64,000 nucleotides of DNA from an uncultured Negativicutes bacterium. Its GTDB lineage: Bacteria > Bacillota > Negativicutes > JBAXTZ01. Position numbers and translations under genes: made by a program. Below the pieces are notes generated by a model. That model had not been told where the DNA came from. It made no database searches and was given only the letters and a program-made list of their open reading frames with translations. Below are positions 12,497-23,456 of this stretch, piece after piece; the first letter of the stretch is position 1, and every line of letters starts with the position of its first letter. The stretch is from NCBI GenBank assembly GCA_963721525.1, contig CAVRJL010000016.1, positions 1 to 64,000 on the forward strand, given 5' to 3'.

Positions 12497-13618
12497 TTAT
12501 AAAAAACTCGAACATAGTAATTCTACTTCTTCTACTGATATAGATTTCATACAAATATTGTTTTCACAATTAATTTTATCGCATCCCTTGCCATTATAGC
12601 TACATTTAGGTTCAGTTTTTATAATTTTTATGCTATTTGGTATAAGTTCGATAGGTTTCCAACGTTCGCAATCATTTACAGCACTGAATAAAGCTACAAT
12701 GTTTTTACCCATTAATGCGGCCGCATGAGTAAATCCAGAATCTAATCCGATAAATAGTTTAGAGTTTTTAACCATATCAAATCCTTCTAAAACGGTTGTT
12801 TCCCCTAATAATATATGAATATTTTTATTATTATGTAATTTTTTTATATTATTTTCTGATAAATCTGTTTTTAATCCTAATATAATTAGAGTGTTTTTTT
12901 CAGAAAGTCGCTTAATTAAAGAAATGAATTTTTTTTCTTCCCATTTTTTTGCTTGTTCGGCTGTACCTACATGAATACATATATAATTTTGGAGTTCTAG
13001 TTTGTTATATCTTTTTGTAGGGAAATCTGAAAAATGCCAATATTTTAAACAATTAGTTTCTAAAAACATTTCTTTTAAAAAACTACAATAAAGTTCATGC
13101 TCATGTCCTTTAAAAATATAAGGTAATGTTTGATCTAATACAAATCCAAAACCGCCAGCATTAAATCCTACCAAATTTTTGGTTTTAGCAAATAGTTTCA
13201 GAGCCAACAGAATTCGCCAATCTCCGCGTTTCTCAAATATTAAATCAGCATGTAATTTTTTTAGTTTAGCTATTAAAGTTAAGATATTTCTTTCTCTTTT
13301 TCTAGTAAACCTCTTGCAATCAATTTCAATAAGTTCATCAATATACTTAAATTGCTTTAAAAAAATAGATACATAAGAACCGCATGCCACTTTAATATTC
13401 GTTGTAGGTAGTTGCTTTTTTAATGATTGTATAAAAGGAAGCATAATTATACAATCACCGATATTTCCATGTTGAACAATTAAGATATCTTTTAATTCTT
13501 TTATATTTGTTTGTTTATATTTACGCGAAAATAAAAAATAGCCAATGTAATCAATAAGGACAAGAAGCCTTTTCAAAAATCTATCATGAATATTAGTATA
13601 TCTATATTTTATAAACAT
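12497..13618 (-). CDS. Glycosyltransferase family 9 (ADP-heptose:LPS heptosyltransferase-like)
   Basis: IGD.I..LP, K.W, G.DSG.TH.AA, C-terminal CMKSISVEEV. Confidence 0.9.
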   Translation of the reverse strand: MFIKYRYTNIHDRFLKRLLVLIDYIGYFLFSRKYKQTNIKELKDILIVQHGNIGDCIIMLPFIQSLKKQLPTTNIKVACGSYVSIFLKQFKYIDELIEIDCKRFTRKRERNILTLIAKLKKLHADLIFEKRGDWRILLALKLFAKTKNLVGFNAGGFGFVLDQTLPYIFKGHEHELYCSFLKEMFLETNCLKYWHFSDFPTKRYNKLELQNYICIHVGTAEQAKKWEEKKFISLIKRLSEKNTLIILGLKTDLSENNIKKLHNNKNIHILLGETTVLEGFDMVKNSKLFIGLDSGFTHAAALMGKNIVALFSAVNDCERWKPIELIPNSIKIIKTEPKCSYNGKGCDKINCENNICMKSISVEEVELLCSSFL

Positions 13619-13778
13619 TTTATACCTGCTGTATATGATTAATTAAATGAAAAAGAAAATTATAATAAAATTAAACCAAAACTAACTATACTTAAAAAGC
13701 TACATATGTCAGGGCATTTTCTTAGACATAGTTAAGTTGTTGACGAAAGTTCGTGTTTATCGGTTGTATAATTAGAAA

Positions 13779-14036
13779 TTAAGTTTGTTCTTTTTGTTCT
13801 ATTTTTTTTAATATTGCTTGAAGTAAATTTTTTAATTTTCCAGTTCTTTTTCTATAAGATTTTACCACTCCAATATTGAAACATAATATTGAAATTAAAA
13901 TAATTAAACATAAAAAAAACAGCTGTCTAGAATTTAAAAAATCTTTAAATAGAAGTAAGATAAATAAGATATCTAAATATAACCACAACCATATATTATA
14001 AAAAATTAATTCTACATAATACTTTAACTTTTTCAT
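13779..14036 (-). CDS. Small hypothetical membrane protein
   Basis: 85-aa ORF with two hydrophobic segments; AGGTG RBS. Confidence 0.5.
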   Translation of the reverse strand: MKKLKYYVELIFYNIWLWLYLDILFILLLFKDFLNSRQLFFLCLIILISILCFNIGVVKSYRKRTGKLKNLLQAILKKIEQKEQT

Positions 14037-14348
14037 AATTAAACACCTACTTTAAAAATCATTAATTGATACAGGTATTATAGTTTCATAATTATCAAAT
14101 ATTTTAAATAAACTTTATCACAAAAATCAAATAAAGTAAAATTTTTCAAAGAATTTTAATGAGATAATAATTAAGGATATTTTTCTATTGCTTAATATAC
14201 CTTAAGTTTAAACTTTATCGTTAATAATTAAAAAATAAATTTATTACTTTTTAAATTTTTATAAAAATTGTTTCTTTTTACATCTTTTTATAAAAATAAT
14301 ATATTTAAGTGTATTTTTGTTATTTTAAAAATTAAAAATGGATGAAAA

Positions 14349-15080
14349 ATGCAAAATAAAAAATTTTTTTACAACGCATTAGAATATAATAAAGAAACAA
14401 ACGTAAATAATATTATTAAGCTTGAACAACAATTATTTAAATGTCGAGCGTGCCATTTACGAATAGATTGTATAGCTCCGACTTCTTTCAATGGTACGTC
14501 AGCTAGTCCATTGATGATTGTTGGTGAGGGTCCTGGAAAAGTTGAAGATGAATATGGGTCACCTTTGGTTGGTCCGTCTGGGAAATTGCTTGATAAAGCA
14601 CTATTAAGTATTGGAATAACGCGAAATTGCATTTTTACTACAAATGTAATTAAATGTCGTCCAAAATTTAATCGCACTCCGACTATTCAAGAAGGAAAAT
14701 TTTGCGCTAATTTATGGCTCGATAAAGAAATAACATTAATTTCTCCTAAAATAATTATTTGTCTAGGAAATGTAGCTTTAAAATATTTACGCGGTTCCGA
14801 ATATCGTATAACTACTAGTAGGGGAGAATTTTTTATTAGTTGTTTTGGCATTATAGCGATGTCTACTTATCATCCGGCTTATTTATTACGCTTAAATGAT
14901 AAAGAACAAGTTAAAATTAAATGGCATGTATTTCATGATTTGAAGGCAGCTAAAGAAAAATGTCTAGAATTTGTTCCAGAATATCAGTTTGCTAATAAAG
15001 CACCAACAAATTTATTAAAAGAAATGGAACATCAAAAAAACAATCGTAAAAAATTTTATTTGTCTGAAAATAGTAATTAA
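14349..15080 (+). CDS. Uracil-DNA glycosylase family 4 (Fe-S)
   Basis: C..C.L, VGEGPG, TNVIKCRP..NRTP, YHPAYLLR. Confidence 0.95.
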   Translation: MQNKKFFYNALEYNKETNVNNIIKLEQQLFKCRACHLRIDCIAPTSFNGTSASPLMIVGEGPGKVEDEYGSPLVGPSGKLLDKALLSIGITRNCIFTTNVIKCRPKFNRTPTIQEGKFCANLWLDKEITLISPKIIICLGNVALKYLRGSEYRITTSRGEFFISCFGIIAMSTYHPAYLLRLNDKEQVKIKWHVFHDLKAAKEKCLEFVPEYQFANKAPTNLLKEMEHQKNNRKKFYLSENSN

Positions 15081-15096
15081 GAGAATTTCACTATTT

Positions 15097-15148
15097 TTTT
15101 GTTTGTATAAAAACTATAGTAAATATAATAGTTTTTATACAAACAAAA
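15097..15148. terminator. Long hairpin after the UDG gene
   Basis: 21-bp perfect arms ttttgtttgtataaaaactat / atagtttttatacaaacaaaa, 10-nt loop. Confidence 0.7.
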
Positions 15149-15767
15149 GAGTTAACTTTAAGTAAAAAGTTGTTAACAGTAAAATAATTTTTTTATCTTA
15201 AACTAAGTATTAATTTAAATTTATATAATATATATCTAAATTATGTAACTATTTATAGAAAGAATAAAAGAAAAAATTGGAATTATTTTGTTGATGCACA
15301 ATGTTATACATGAAATGAAAAGGATAAATATTTTTAGAACGTTATATAGAGCTTAATAGGTGAAAAAATATAGCATACAATTTTTTATTTATCTATGTTT
15401 TCATTTATCAGTTAGCGAGAGAGAATTTTATAAATTGTTTCTTAGAATTAAAAATAAAATTAGTATTATTTGAAAAGATGATGCCGATATTATTAGTTTT
15501 ATACATTTTTTAATAAGACAAAATTTACTATCTTTAATAATGTAAGAGTTTTTTCTAAACTGAAAATAACTTTTAATAAGTTATTGGTTAAAACTTACAT
15601 TAATAAAAGTTTATATTATTAGATTTAACTTTATAAGTTTTTATAGAAAAATTATTGCTAATACTGTAACTTAACATTATTACACTGCAATCAATAGTAT
15701 TAGAAAATGTGTTATAATTAATGGGTTATAATTAATGGTTTATAAAATAAAGAGGTATAAATATTTT

Positions 15768-18212
15768 ATGAGTATGGATATACATTCAAGTAGAGTACTA
15801 CCTATATCAATTGAAGATGAAATGAAAAATTCTTATATTGACTATGCGATGAGTGTAATCGTATCAAGAGCTTTACCAGACGTAAGAGATGGTTTGAAGC
15901 CCGTACATAGGCGTATTTTATATGCAATGCATGAAGCAAACATGATGCATAATAAACCTTATAAAAAGTCCGCTCGTATTGTTGGAGAAGTATTAGGTAA
16001 GTTTCATCCGCATGGGGATTCTTCAGTATATGATGCAATTGTTCGTTTAGCGCAAAATTTTTCTACAAGGTATTTATTAGTAGATGGACATGGCAATTTC
16101 GGTTCTATTGATGGAGATTCAGCAGCAGCTATGCGTTACACTGAAGTTAGAATGTCTAAAATAGCAGAATCAATTTTAGAAGATATTGAAAAAGATACTG
16201 TAGATTTTTGTTCTAACTACGACGAATCATTAATAGAGCCTATTGTTTTGCCTGCTAAGATTCCAAATTTATTGGTAAATGGATCAAGTGGAATAGCTGT
16301 AGGAATGTCTACAAATATTCCTCCCCATAATTTAGCAGAAATTATTGATGGTACAATATTACTTATTGATAATCCTGAAATAGAATCCATAGACTTGATG
16401 AATGTAATCAAAGGACCTGATTTTCCTACCGGAGCAATTATTCTTGGTAGTGAGGGTATTCGTCAAGCATATACTACAGGAAGAGGTATAATAAAAGTAC
16501 GAGCAAAATCACATATTGAAGAGACAAACACTGGTAAAATAAGAATTGTAATCACTGAGATTCCTTATCAAATAAATAAGACACGCTTAATTGAAAATAT
16601 TGCTTATTTAGTTAAAGAAAAAATAATCGAAGGGATATCTGATTTAAGAGATGAATCAGATAGAGCTGGTATGTGTATAGTCATTGAATTACGTAAAGAT
16701 ATAAATTATGAGGTTTTTCTTAATCAATTATATAAACATACTGCATTACAATGTTCTTTCGGTATAATTATGTTAGCATTAGTTGATGGACGCCCAAAAA
16801 TAATGAACATTAAAGAGATACTAGCTCATTATATTCAACATCAAAAAAATATTATTATTAAAAGATCACAATTTGATTTAGATGAGGCAAGAGGGAGAGA
16901 ACATATTTTACAAGGATTTATAATAGCTCTAAATAATATTGATAAAGTAATTTTTTCAATTCGTTCTTGCAAGACAACTGAATTAGCAAAAATAGGGTTA
17001 AGCGAACAATTTAGCTTATCTAATAAACAATCTCAAGCGATCCTTGAAATAAGGTTACAAAAATTAACAGGATTAGAAAGAGAAAAAATTGATGAAGAAT
17101 ATAAAAAAATTTCAGAGTCAATTTCTCATTTAGAATCGATTTTAAAAGATGATGATATGGTATTAAATATTCTTAAGGAAGAGTTAGCGGAGAAAAAGAA
17201 AAAATTTGCTGATTCAAGGAGAACTAAAATAATAGATAATATTGCACCAATTAGTGTAGAAGATTTAATTCCAGAAGAAGAGATACTTATAAGCTTGTCG
17301 CACCATGGCTACATAAAACGGCAAGCTCCTGCTACGTATCGCTTGCAAAAACGGGGAGGTAGAGGAGTTACGGGAATGACTACTCGGGATGATGATATTG
17401 TTATGGACATTTTTTCTGCAACAACACATCATAATATTATGTTTTTCACTAATACAGGGAAAGTATATCGTATTAAGGGATATCAAATTCCGGAAACGAG
17501 TAGGGTGGCTAAAGGTATGGCAATAGTTAACTTATTATCTTTAGACGTAGAAGAAAAGATTACAGCCACTATTCCAGTGAGAGAATTTGTTAACAATAAA
17601 TATTTATTTATGACAACTAAAGCTGGTATTGTAAAAAAAACGGAATTGAGTGCTTTTGCAAACAATCGTAAGTCAGGATTAATAGCTATCCATCTCGATA
17701 ATAATGATGAACTAATAAGTGTTAAGCTTACTAATGGCAATCAAAATATCATATTAGGTAGTAAAAAAGCTATGGTTATACAATTTAACGAGAAAGAAGT
17801 ACGCTCTACAGGGCGAGGAGCACGTGGAGTTAAAGGAATAAGCCTTCTTAGAAACGACTATATAGTGGGTGTAGATGTAATTAAAGATGAAAAGTATCTT
17901 TTAACGGTTACTGTAAATGGGTATGGGAAAAGAACTAAAATAAGTGAATATAAAAATCAAAAAAGAGGAGGAAGAGGATTAATTAATAATAGATTGACAA
18001 AAAAGATAGGGGAAGTAGTAGGAGTGCGAATGGTAAATAAAAATCATGAGCTTATGATTATAACGAAAAATGGAATAATAATTAAAACTCCTGTAAATGA
18101 AGTTTTAGTTTATAATCGTGTAACTCAAGGCGTAAAGGTAATAAATCTTGAAAATAATGATTTAGTTTCTTCCTTTGCATTATTAGAAGCCGAAATAAGT
18201 GAGAATGTTTAA
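15768..18212 (+). CDS. gyrA: DNA gyrase subunit A
   Basis: [21 protein letters not shown], GyrA-box QKRGGRG. Confidence 0.99.
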   Translation: MSMDIHSSRVLPISIEDEMKNSYIDYAMSVIVSRALPDVRDGLKPVHRRILYAMHEANMMHNKPYKKSARIVGEVLGKFHPHGDSSVYDAIVRLAQNFSTRYLLVDGHGNFGSIDGDSAAAMRYTEVRMSKIAESILEDIEKDTVDFCSNYDESLIEPIVLPAKIPNLLVNGSSGIAVGMSTNIPPHNLAEIIDGTILLIDNPEIESIDLMNVIKGPDFPTGAIILGSEGIRQAYTTGRGIIKVRAKSHIEETNTGKIRIVITEIPYQINKTRLIENIAYLVKEKIIEGISDLRDESDRAGMCIVIELRKDINYEVFLNQLYKHTALQCSFGIIMLALVDGRPKIMNIKEILAHYIQHQKNIIIKRSQFDLDEARGREHILQGFIIALNNIDKVIFSIRSCKTTELAKIGLSEQFSLSNKQSQAILEIRLQKLTGLEREKIDEEYKKISESISHLESILKDDDMVLNILKEELAEKKKKFADSRRTKIIDNIAPISVEDLIPEEEILISLSHHGYIKRQAPATYRLQKRGGRGVTGMTTRDDDIVMDIFSATTHHNIMFFTNTGKVYRIKGYQIPETSRVAKGMAIVNLLSLDVEEKITATIPVREFVNNKYLFMTTKAGIVKKTELSAFANNRKSGLIAIHLDNNDELISVKLTNGNQNIILGSKKAMVIQFNEKEVRSTGRGARGVKGISLLRNDYIVGVDVIKDEKYLLTVTVNGYGKRTKISEYKNQKRGGRGLINNRLTKKIGEVVGVRMVNKNHELMIITKNGIIIKTPVNEVLVYNRVTQGVKVINLENNDLVSSFALLEAEISENV

Positions 18213-18379
18213 TTACTTTAATTATGATATTTCAATTTTTTGATGCTTAAGAAAAATTTTTGGATAGAAAATAGCAAAATAATATTTTATAATACCTAAA
18301 TATAAGCAATTTGCTTCTGTTTTATTTATAATTAAGGTATAGATTATTTCTTAATAACTGTTTTTGAAAGGTTGCGAAA

Positions 18380-19678
18380 ATGACAACTTATTTTTTTACA
18401 GGGTTGTTCATGGGTTTGTTTTTTTCTATTTTTACTTGGTTAATACAAGGAAATAAATTGAAAAAACTTATGGAAAAGTTAATTTATGAAAAAGAAGAAT
18501 GTGCAATATTACGAACAAAATTAGAAGCAGAAAATACAGCTCGTATTGAGGAGAGAAAAACATTAGAAAACAAAATTCAAGAAAATTTAGTAAATGAGAA
18601 ACGTAATAAAGAAATTTTTATTTCTTTATCTAATGATGTATTAAAAAGCAATACAGATTCTTTAGTAAAAATAGCAAAAGAAGTGTTTGAGAATCAGCAA
18701 AATATTGCTCATGGTAATATAAAAATAACTATTGAACCCATAAAAGAGCAGTTATCTAAATTTGAGTCAATTATAAAGGAATTGGAAACAAAACGAGCAG
18801 GTGCTTATATGGAAATGAGCGAACAAATTAGACATGTTAAATCAGAACATATTAGATTGCAACAAGAAACAAATAAATTAGTGAAAGCGTTATCAGATTC
18901 AAAAGTGCGCGGAAATTGGGGAGAAATGCAATTAAAGCGCGTCGTGGAGTTAGCGGGTATGAAAAAAAACGTTGATTATAAAGAACAAATAACTGATAGA
19001 GATGATTATGGAAATTTATTACGACCAGATATGATTATAAAATTACCAGGTGGTAAAAATATAATTATAGACGCTAAAACGCCGCTATCTGCTTATTTAG
19101 AAGCTGTTGAAGAAAAAAGTGATCTTAAAAAGAAAGAACTATTCCATAATCATTTAAAGCAAATAAAAAATCATATTGATCAACTTGGGAAAAAAGAGTA
19201 TTGGAAACAGTTTAATCCGACTCCGGAATTTGTTGTTATGTTTATTCCTTTAGAAGCTTTGGTTAACACTGTATTAGAAATGGATTACACTGTAGTAGAA
19301 TATGCTGATACTAAAAAAGTAATTATAGCTTCTCCTTTAATTTTATTGTCTTTATTAAAAGCTATAGCTTGTGGTTGGCAACATGAAGCGATAGCTGACG
19401 AAATGAAAACTATATTAAATTATGGTAAAGACCTTTATGGTTATACAAAAATATTAGGGGAACATTTAAGCGATATAGGAAAATATTTTACCAAAACAAT
19501 TGAAAGTTACAATTCGGCAATAGGTTCCATTGAAAGTAGATTTTTACCTAAAGCGCGTAAATTAAATGAGTTGGCAATAAAAAGTGATAAAAAAATTCCT
19601 GAATTGGTAGGAATTAGTGCGCTACCTCGAAGAATTGATATTTTAGAATGTGAAAAAAATGAGATAGAGGATAAATAA
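18380..19678 (+). CDS. rmuC: DNA recombination protein RmuC
   Basis: RGNWGEMQL, RPD.II.LPG, DAKTPL, PEFVVMF. Confidence 0.95.
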   Translation: MTTYFFTGLFMGLFFSIFTWLIQGNKLKKLMEKLIYEKEECAILRTKLEAENTARIEERKTLENKIQENLVNEKRNKEIFISLSNDVLKSNTDSLVKIAKEVFENQQNIAHGNIKITIEPIKEQLSKFESIIKELETKRAGAYMEMSEQIRHVKSEHIRLQQETNKLVKALSDSKVRGNWGEMQLKRVVELAGMKKNVDYKEQITDRDDYGNLLRPDMIIKLPGGKNIIIDAKTPLSAYLEAVEEKSDLKKKELFHNHLKQIKNHIDQLGKKEYWKQFNPTPEFVVMFIPLEALVNTVLEMDYTVVEYADTKKVIIASPLILLSLLKAIACGWQHEAIADEMKTILNYGKDLYGYTKILGEHLSDIGKYFTKTIESYNSAIGSIESRFLPKARKLNELAIKSDKKIPELVGISALPRRIDILECEKNEIEDK

Positions 19679-19679
19679 A

Positions 19680-20651
19680 ATGGAAGTAACTAATATAAAA
19701 AAAAAGCTGCTTTAACGGAAATAACTAATATAAAAAAAAGCTGCCTTAATTGCAACTATCATAAATGTTATTCTATCAACCCTTAAAATAATAGTAGGGT
19801 TATTAAGTGGTTCTGGAAGCATTATAGCTGAAGCTGCACATTCATTGTCTGATTTTTTTACTTCTTTAATGGCTTTTTTTGCAGTGAAAAGCTCAGATAA
19901 GCCGCCTGATAGACTTCACGGATATGGGCATGGAAAAATAGAAAATTTTTCGGGAGCTATTGAATCAATTTTTATTATTTTAATAGCTTTATGGATAGGC
20001 TACGAATCAGTAGAAAAGTTATTAAATGGGTTTAAACCTAATTTTTTGCTATATGGTATTATATGTATGGTTATTTCATTGATATCTAATATTTTTATTT
20101 CTCGATATTTGCATAAAATAGCAAATAATACTTTTTCAGCTGCTCTTAAAGCTGCTGCTTTGCATAATGATGCTGATGTATGGGCTTCAGGCGGGGTTTT
20201 AGGTGGTTTATTAATAATATATTTTACTGGTTGGATATGGATAGATCCAATAATAGCTTTTATAATTGCTGGAATAATTTTAAAAGAAGGCTTTCACTTA
20301 ACGAAAGTTAATATTTCGAATTTAATTGATGTAAATATTATAGAAGATGAGCCTATAATACGTGATATTATTGAAAGAAATAAAGATATTATTTCTTTGC
20401 ATAAGCTGCGCACACGCAGAGCTGGAAATATCAAAATTATTGATGTACATGTGATGCTGGATTATAATATAAAACTTGGCGAGGCACATACGATATGTGA
20501 TTGCATTGAAAAACAAATATATGAAAACCTAGGTAGTTGTGATATAACCATTCATCCTGAGCCGTGCTATATAAGGACAGGTTGTTGTGTACAAAAAGAT
20601 GAAAATAATTGTGCAAGTTGTTCATCAGGTGATACTAAACATCATGTATAA
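19680..20651 (+). CDS. Cation diffusion facilitator (FieF-like), 5' end disrupted by a duplicated poly-A segment
   Basis: AEAAHSLSD, YGHGKIE, LRTRRAG, IHPEP; ATG 19680 is in frame with the body but stops occur between the A9 and A8 tracts. Confidence 0.85.
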
Positions 20652-20692
20652 AATAAATATATATTTATTTTATACATGATGTTTAGTATCAC
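20629..20692. repeat. 64-bp perfect palindrome overlapping the CDF gene 3' end
   Basis: gtgatactaaacatcatgtataaaataaatat|atatttattttatacatgatgtttagtatcac. Confidence 0.95.
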
Positions 20693-20721
20693 GTTAATTT
20701 ATTATTTTTTTGGGGGACGTT

Positions 20722-21750
20722 ATGAATGTAAAATTAACAGAATATACTCGTTTAGGAGGATGTGCAGCTAAAATAGAACCTGGATTTTTACAGCAAATTA
20801 TAAATAGTTTACCTTATGAAAAAAATAATAATATCCTAGTGGGCATGGAAACTTCTGATGATGCTGTTGTTTATAAAATAAATAATGATATAGCTCTAAT
20901 TCAGACCTTAGATTTTTTTCCTTCTCCTGTGGATGATCCATATACATTTGGGTTAATTGCAGCAGCAAATAGTTTGAGTGATGTTTATGCTATGGGTGGA
21001 GAACCTATTACTGCAATGAACATTGTTGCTTTTCCTTTATGTAAATTGGAGGTTAATATATTAAAAGAAATTCTTCACGGTGGGAGTGAAAAATTATTAG
21101 AAGCAGGGTGTGCTTTTGCTGGGGGGCATAGTATTGATGATAGTGAGCCTAAATACGGTCTCAGTGTTACAGGTATTGTTCATCCTAAAAAGATTTTACG
21201 TAATTTTGGTGCACATATAGGCGATGTTTTATTACTAACTAAGCCTATTGGATGTGGAGTTCTTCTTACAGCTGCTCGGGGCAATATGTTTAAAGAAGGA
21301 GTTCAGGCTGCTATTAAAAGCATGATTTCCTTAAATAAGCAAGCTGCACAGATAATAAAAAAATATAAGGTAAATGCTTGTACAGATATTACCGGTTTTG
21401 GATTATTGGGACATTTGTATGAAATGGTTTCAGCAAGCAGTGTCAATGCAGTATTAGAATGGGAAAAAATTAAATTTTTTCCGCAAGCTATAGAAGCAGC
21501 AAAAATGGGATTTCTCTCTGCTGCAGTATATAGTAATCGTAAATATTATAAGTTTATTAATTTTAATAAAAATGTTCCGGGGGAAATACAAGATCTTTTA
21601 TTTGACCCACAAACATCCGGAGGTTTATTATTTTCAGTGAAGCAAAATGAAATTAAAAATATTTTAAAAGATTTTGATGAAAAAAATATGGATATTTCAG
21701 TTATAGGATATATAAAAGAAAAAGGAAAAGGCGAAATAAATGTTATATAG
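20722..21750 (+). CDS. selD: Selenide, water dikinase (Cys form)
   Basis: GGCAAK, DDAVVY, AANSLSDVYAMGG, DPQTSGGLL. Confidence 0.97.
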   Translation: MNVKLTEYTRLGGCAAKIEPGFLQQIINSLPYEKNNNILVGMETSDDAVVYKINNDIALIQTLDFFPSPVDDPYTFGLIAAANSLSDVYAMGGEPITAMNIVAFPLCKLEVNILKEILHGGSEKLLEAGCAFAGGHSIDDSEPKYGLSVTGIVHPKKILRNFGAHIGDVLLLTKPIGCGVLLTAARGNMFKEGVQAAIKSMISLNKQAAQIIKKYKVNACTDITGFGLLGHLYEMVSASSVNAVLEWEKIKFFPQAIEAAKMGFLSAAVYSNRKYYKFINFNKNVPGEIQDLLFDPQTSGGLLFSVKQNEIKNILKDFDEKNMDISVIGYIKEKGKGEINVI

Positions 21751-22333
21751 GTTGAGTTGTGTGGGATTAAAATGTCCATTGCCTGTGATTAAGACAAAAA
21801 AATTTTTAGACAATATACAAAATGGAGAACTATTTGTTACTGTAGATAACGATATAGCAAAACAAAATATTTTAAAATTAGTAGCATCTCTAAATTATAG
21901 TGCTATAGCCGAGAAAAAAATTAATAAATATGAAATCAGAATATATAAAAATGAAGATAAAGTATTAGAAAAGGAAATGAAGATAGTACAAAAAAATATT
22001 GTTGAAATTGCTTATTTAGTTACTTCAAGCGAATTAGGAAAAGGGGATAAAGATTTAGGACAATTTCTTATTAGATCTTTATTTTATACCTTAAATGAAA
22101 AAGAAAAAATACCAAAGTTTTTTATTTTTTTAAACCAAGGAGTAGTTTTAACTTGCCAAAAATCAAATATTTTAGAGATACTTCAAAATATGGAACAGAA
22201 GGGTACAAAAATTCTTTCATGTGGAGCTTGTTTAGATTTTTATAAATTAACAGCTAAATTAAATGTGGGTAAAATAACTAATATGTACGAAGTGACTGAA
22301 ATTTTAGAAAATTGTAAGGTCATTAAATTTTAA
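21740..22333 (+). CDS. yedF: Selenium metabolism sulfurtransferase-like protein (TusA/SirA + DsrE domains)
   Basis: GLKCPLPV, SCGACLDFY, GKITNMY; adjacent to selD. Confidence 0.9.
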   Translation: MLYRLSCVGLKCPLPVIKTKKFLDNIQNGELFVTVDNDIAKQNILKLVASLNYSAIAEKKINKYEIRIYKNEDKVLEKEMKIVQKNIVEIAYLVTSSELGKGDKDLGQFLIRSLFYTLNEKEKIPKFFIFLNQGVVLTCQKSNILEILQNMEQKGTKILSCGACLDFYKLTAKLNVGKITNMYEVTEILENCKVIKF

Positions 22334-22632
22334 TGAAAACAAAATTTGATAGATTAATAACTTTTATGTCTACTCATCATGCCTTCAAAGCAGAAAAAGT
22401 ATTAAAAAAAAAAATTGTTATGAAAGTTATTCCCACTCCTCATATTATAACTTCTTCTTGCGGACAAAGTACTTTATTTCGAGGTATTGATGAGAAAAAT
22501 ATAGTAAAAATTTTTAAAGAAACTAATATACAATGGAGTACTATATTCAAATGTGTAATTATGAATTGTACATCAATTATATACGAGAAGTTGTCAAGTG
22601 GAGAATTTTATGAGGATACTCGATTTTTTTAA
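22333..22632 (+). CDS. DUF3343-like putative Se/S carrier protein
   Basis: ITFMSTHHAFKAEK, IPTP..I.SSCG; selD cluster context. Confidence 0.8.
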   Translation: MKTKFDRLITFMSTHHAFKAEKVLKKKIVMKVIPTPHIITSSCGQSTLFRGIDEKNIVKIFKETNIQWSTIFKCVIMNCTSIIYEKLSSGEFYEDTRFF

Positions 22633-23407
22633 TTATATTGAGAAAGAGTATAAATCTTGGGTATTTTTTTTAGTAAAAGCTAGTATTAAAATTATTTTAA
22701 TTATTGTTATTTCTTTAATTATAATACAAGTTGCCAAAATAATGATTGAGAAAGCAACTAGCTCTACAAGAAGAGCTAAAGTAAATACTTTGAAAACTAT
22801 GGGAATTAGCTGCATTCGATATATTGTTTTTTTTATAGCCACGGTAAGCATACTACAAGAAATAGGAATAAATACAACCTCACTTTTAGCTGGAGCTTCT
22901 ATGTTTGGGTTAGTAGTAGGTATAGGTTCGCAAAGTTTAATAAGGGATTTTATTACAGGTTTTTTTATCATATTAGAGAACCAATATGATGTGAGTGATT
23001 ATATTACAGTTGGAGAAATATCTGGAACAGTTGAAGCAATTAATTTAAAAATCACTAAATTAAGAACAGATGAAGGTATCCAATATACTATACCCAATAG
23101 TACTATAACTAAAGTTGCAAATTATTCTCGTAATGAAACTACACTTAATGTAACAGCTATTTTTAGTACTGATATTAATGTTAAAGAAATAGAAAATTTA
23201 CTAAGAACGGTTTGTATTAAAGCACAAGCCGAAAATAAGAAGATTTTAGAAGGCCCTAGTGTTGTAGGAATAACTGCGATGGATAGAGAAAGTATAACCT
23301 TTACTATTACTGCAAAAGCTAAAAAATATAATCAAATTAATATCGAAGCATATTTGCGATCAAAGATACAAACAATAGTTTTTGAATCAAAAAATAAATT
23401 AAGTTAA
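22610..23407 (+). CDS. Small-conductance mechanosensitive channel (MscS/YkuT-like)
   Basis: GIGSQSLIRDFITGFFIILENQY, GTVE, IPNS. Confidence 0.92.
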   Translation: MRILDFFNYIEKEYKSWVFFLVKASIKIILIIVISLIIIQVAKIMIEKATSSTRRAKVNTLKTMGISCIRYIVFFIATVSILQEIGINTTSLLAGASMFGLVVGIGSQSLIRDFITGFFIILENQYDVSDYITVGEISGTVEAINLKITKLRTDEGIQYTIPNSTITKVANYSRNETTLNVTAIFSTDINVKEIENLLRTVCIKAQAENKKILEGPSVVGITAMDRESITFTITAKAKKYNQINIEAYLRSKIQTIVFESKNKLS

Positions 23408-23456
23408 AATAAAATTGATGAATAAAATAAATTAAAAATGGAGAATATATATATAT

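Noticed and set aside
20722-21750. Selenocysteine or stop-codon reassignment
   Set aside because: The SelD active site is TGT (Cys); conserved genes are uninterrupted in code 11, and relic genes contain all three stops plus frameshifts
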